NCBI GenBank assembly: GCA_964523265.1
Contig: CAZFXQ010000005.1
Coordinates: forward strand, 1 to 36,234
Direction of reading: 5' to 3'
From: an uncultured Muribaculaceae bacterium
GTDB lineage: Bacteria > Bacillota_I > Bacilli_A > RF39 > UBA660
DNA: 36,234 bases
Below, in pieces: positions 34,662 through 36,234 of this stretch (its first letter is position 1; the number at the start of each line of letters is the position of its first letter). Below the pieces are notes generated by a model. That model ran no database searches. It was not told where the DNA came from and saw nothing but the letters and a program-made list of their open reading frames with translations. The translations under genes were made by a program, and so were the position numbers.

Positions 34662-35564
34662 ATGATAGATATTAAATTAATAAGAGAAAATAAAGAATTA
34701 GTGAAAGAAAATATTAAAAAGAAGTTTCAAGATAAAAAGTTAGATTTAGTAGATAAGATATATGATATGGATATTAAGTATCGTAAGATTAAAACAGAAG
34801 CAGATGAGGCAAGAAACAAAGTAAATAAGTTAAGTAAAGAAATTGGAAACTTAATGCGTGATAAGAAAATAGAAATGGCTAATAAAATAAAAGAAGAAGT
34901 AGCAAGTATTAAGTCAAAAATACCTGAACTAGAAAAAGAAGAGGAAGAATTAGAAAGTAAGATAAAAGAAAATATGATGGTTATTCCAAATATTATAGAT
35001 GAAAGTGTTCCTATTGGTGAAGATGATTCGCAAAATGTTGAAATAGAAAAGTTTGGAGACCCTATTGTTCCTAATTTTGAAGTGCCATATCATGCTGATA
35101 TTTTAGAAAGTTTTAATGCTTTAGATAAAGAATCATCTGGTAGAACAAGTGGTAATGGCTTTTACTATTTAATGGGTGATGGAGCAAGACTAACTTCTGC
35201 AATGCTTTCTTATGCTAGAGATTTTATGATAGATAAAGGTTTTATATACTGCATCCCACCATTTATGATAAGAAGCGATGTAGTAAAAGGTGTTATGTCA
35301 TTCGAAGAAATGGATGCTATGATGTATAAAATAGAAGGAGAAGATTTGTATTTAATTGGAACATCAGAACATTCTATGATAGGTAAGTTCAAAGATCAAA
35401 TAATAAAAGAAGAAAAACTTCCTATTACGATGACATCATATTCACCATGTTTTAGAAAGGAAGTTGGAGCTCATGGTATAGAAGAAAGAGGAATATACCG
35501 TGTTCATCAATTTGAAAAACAAGCCTATCGAAGCAGCTCACGGATCGCTGAGATTCAGCCTTGA
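34662..35564 (+). CDS. serS: seryl-tRNA synthetase, 3'-truncated (homology ends near nt 35521)
   Basis: N-terminal coiled-coil arm, then the class II core up to motif 2 (YRVHQFEKQ). The last 13 or so codons (AYRSSSRIAEIQP) are unrelated, and the ORF is about 125 aa short of a normal SerS. Confidence 0.85.
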   Translation: MIDIKLIRENKELVKENIKKKFQDKKLDLVDKIYDMDIKYRKIKTEADEARNKVNKLSKEIGNLMRDKKIEMANKIKEEVASIKSKIPELEKEEEELESKIKENMMVIPNIIDESVPIGEDDSQNVEIEKFGDPIVPNFEVPYHADILESFNALDKESSGRTSGNGFYYLMGDGARLTSAMLSYARDFMIDKGFIYCIPPFMIRSDVVKGVMSFEEMDAMMYKIEGEDLYLIGTSEHSMIGKFKDQIIKEEKLPITMTSYSPCFRKEVGAHGIEERGIYRVHQFEKQAYRSSSRIAEIQP

Positions 35565-35709
35565 TATAGACAATACCGAAGAACAGATCGACTACATAAT
35601 TGAAAAAGTACATCAGGTAATAGAGCTTTACAGAGGCATGTCGCCATACTGGGAAGATCTGCTTACCGGCAAGAGAGAACACTGCATACCGGAATTCTGG
35701 AACAAATAG
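35522..35709 (+). pseudogene. nifS: 3' fragment of cysteine desulfurase (NifS/IscS family)
   Basis: The frame encodes PIEAAHGSLRFSLDIDNTEEQIDYIIEKVHQVIELYRGMSPYWEDL, the conserved C-terminus of NifS. The N-terminal 330 aa or so are absent. G+C is much higher than upstream. Confidence 0.75.
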
Positions 35710-35722
35710 GAGGAATGAAAAA

Positions 35723-36100
35723 ATGTCACTGTATACAGATAAAGTAATGGATCACTTTGAGCACCCGCGCAATGTTGGTGTCATCGAGGATGCAGACGGA
35801 GTAGGAGAAGTCGGAAATCCTGTCTGCGGAGACATCATGAAGATGTATCTCAAGATAGAAGACGATAAGATTGCAGACGTAAAGTTCAAGACTTTCGGAT
35901 GCGGAAGCGCTATCGCAACAAGCTCAATGGCAACAGAACTCATAAAGGGAAAGAGCCTCGACGAGGCGCTTGAGCTCACTAACAAGGCTGTCGTAGATGC
36001 GCTCGACGGACTTCCGGCCAGAAAGATCCACTGCTCAGTTCTGGCAGAGGATGCCATCAAGGCAGCGCTCGTAGACTATTACACAAGAAGCGGCAGGTAA
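35723..36100 (+). CDS. nifU: Fe-S cluster assembly scaffold protein NifU/IscU
   Basis: HFEHPRNVG, the three ligand Cys (NPVCGD, FGCGSAIA, KIHCS), AGGAGG RBS, and GC-rich codon usage. Confidence 0.93.
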   Translation: MSLYTDKVMDHFEHPRNVGVIEDADGVGEVGNPVCGDIMKMYLKIEDDKIADVKFKTFGCGSAIATSSMATELIKGKSLDEALELTNKAVVDALDGLPARKIHCSVLAEDAIKAALVDYYTRSGR

Positions 36101-36190
36101 ATGCCTGAGGTCCTGATTGGATTTGAGCCGCACGAGGACTGATAATACTTCACTAAATCTATAAAAAAGTTAACACTTATGGTGTATAAT

Positions 36191-36227
36191 AATTTTGGCA
36201 GTTTGAGCTAATCAAGCTGCCAAAATT
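36191..36227. other. 16-bp stem / 5-nt loop inverted repeat
   Basis: aattttggcagtttga-gctaa-tcaagctgccaaaatt with one G-T wobble. It lies immediately after a TATAAT (36185-36190), and no T-run follows. Confidence 0.5.
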
Positions 36228-36234
36228 TCAATGT

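Noticed and set aside
636-36060. About 25 short antisense or out-of-frame ORFs in the supplied track. Examples: 636-914(-), 2105-2308(-), 7714-7905(+), 9382-9597(-), 12182-12425, 15144-15464(-), 17030-17558(-), 19362-19637(-), 19852-20049(-), 21553-21845(-), 23059-23505(-), 25861-27453(-), 28744-29013(+), 30830-31066(-), 32878-33108(-), 35210-35682(-), 35752-36060(-).
   Set aside because: Each lies wholly inside or antisense to a much longer ORF that has recognisable motifs or an RBS. Their products are low-complexity Ile/Leu/Phe/Ser-rich strings and lack start contexts, as expected by chance on the opposite strand of such genes.
1-36234. Mollicutes genetic code 4 (TGA = Trp), suggested by the very low G+C.
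   Set aside because: Trp is encoded by TGG throughout the conserved proteins. TGA functions as a stop, for example at the 3729-3731 overlap, and all conserved genes are intact under code 11.

Overview
The window is very AT-rich, roughly a quarter G+C by eye. It uses the standard genetic code: Trp is TGG throughout and stops are TAA, TAG or TGA. Firmicutes/Bacilli hallmarks are present: a T-box leader, a CIRCE-like operator, lipoboxes, rnc-smc synteny and an Asn/Lys/Ile-rich proteome typical of small-genome gut Bacilli-like lineages.

Layout:
(i) 1-5013 holds orphan ORFs, one Cys-rich protein, and a three-gene operon ending in an NrtR-like/Nudix fusion.
(ii) 5115-7406 holds htpG and a convergent thioredoxin-like lipoprotein.
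(iii) 7497-23734 is the main item. It is a co-directional 12-gene Gram-positive-type type IV secretion (conjugation-like) module. It contains two pilin-like two-helix proteins, a giant VirB6-like protein, a VirB3-like protein, a VirB4 split into two coupled ORFs, a multi-domain cell-wall hydrolase, two doubly anchored paralogous lipoproteins and a VirD4/TraG coupling protein. No relaxase, integrase or replication gene is visible anywhere in the window.
(iv) 23777-31636 is ordinary housekeeping: rhodanese, rnc, smc, a Zn-ribbon membrane protein, DUF2752, def, rmuC and yebC-family.
(v) 31656-34399 is a tandem pair of paralogous repeat proteins with recurring NSKYHxxDM motifs.
(vi) A Ser T-box precedes serS. 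serS is cut off near nt 35520 at an abrupt composition break and abuts a nifS 3' fragment plus an intact nifU of about 48% G+C. This most likely marks an assembly chimera or foreign junction.

I found no rRNA, tRNA, CRISPR array or transposase.
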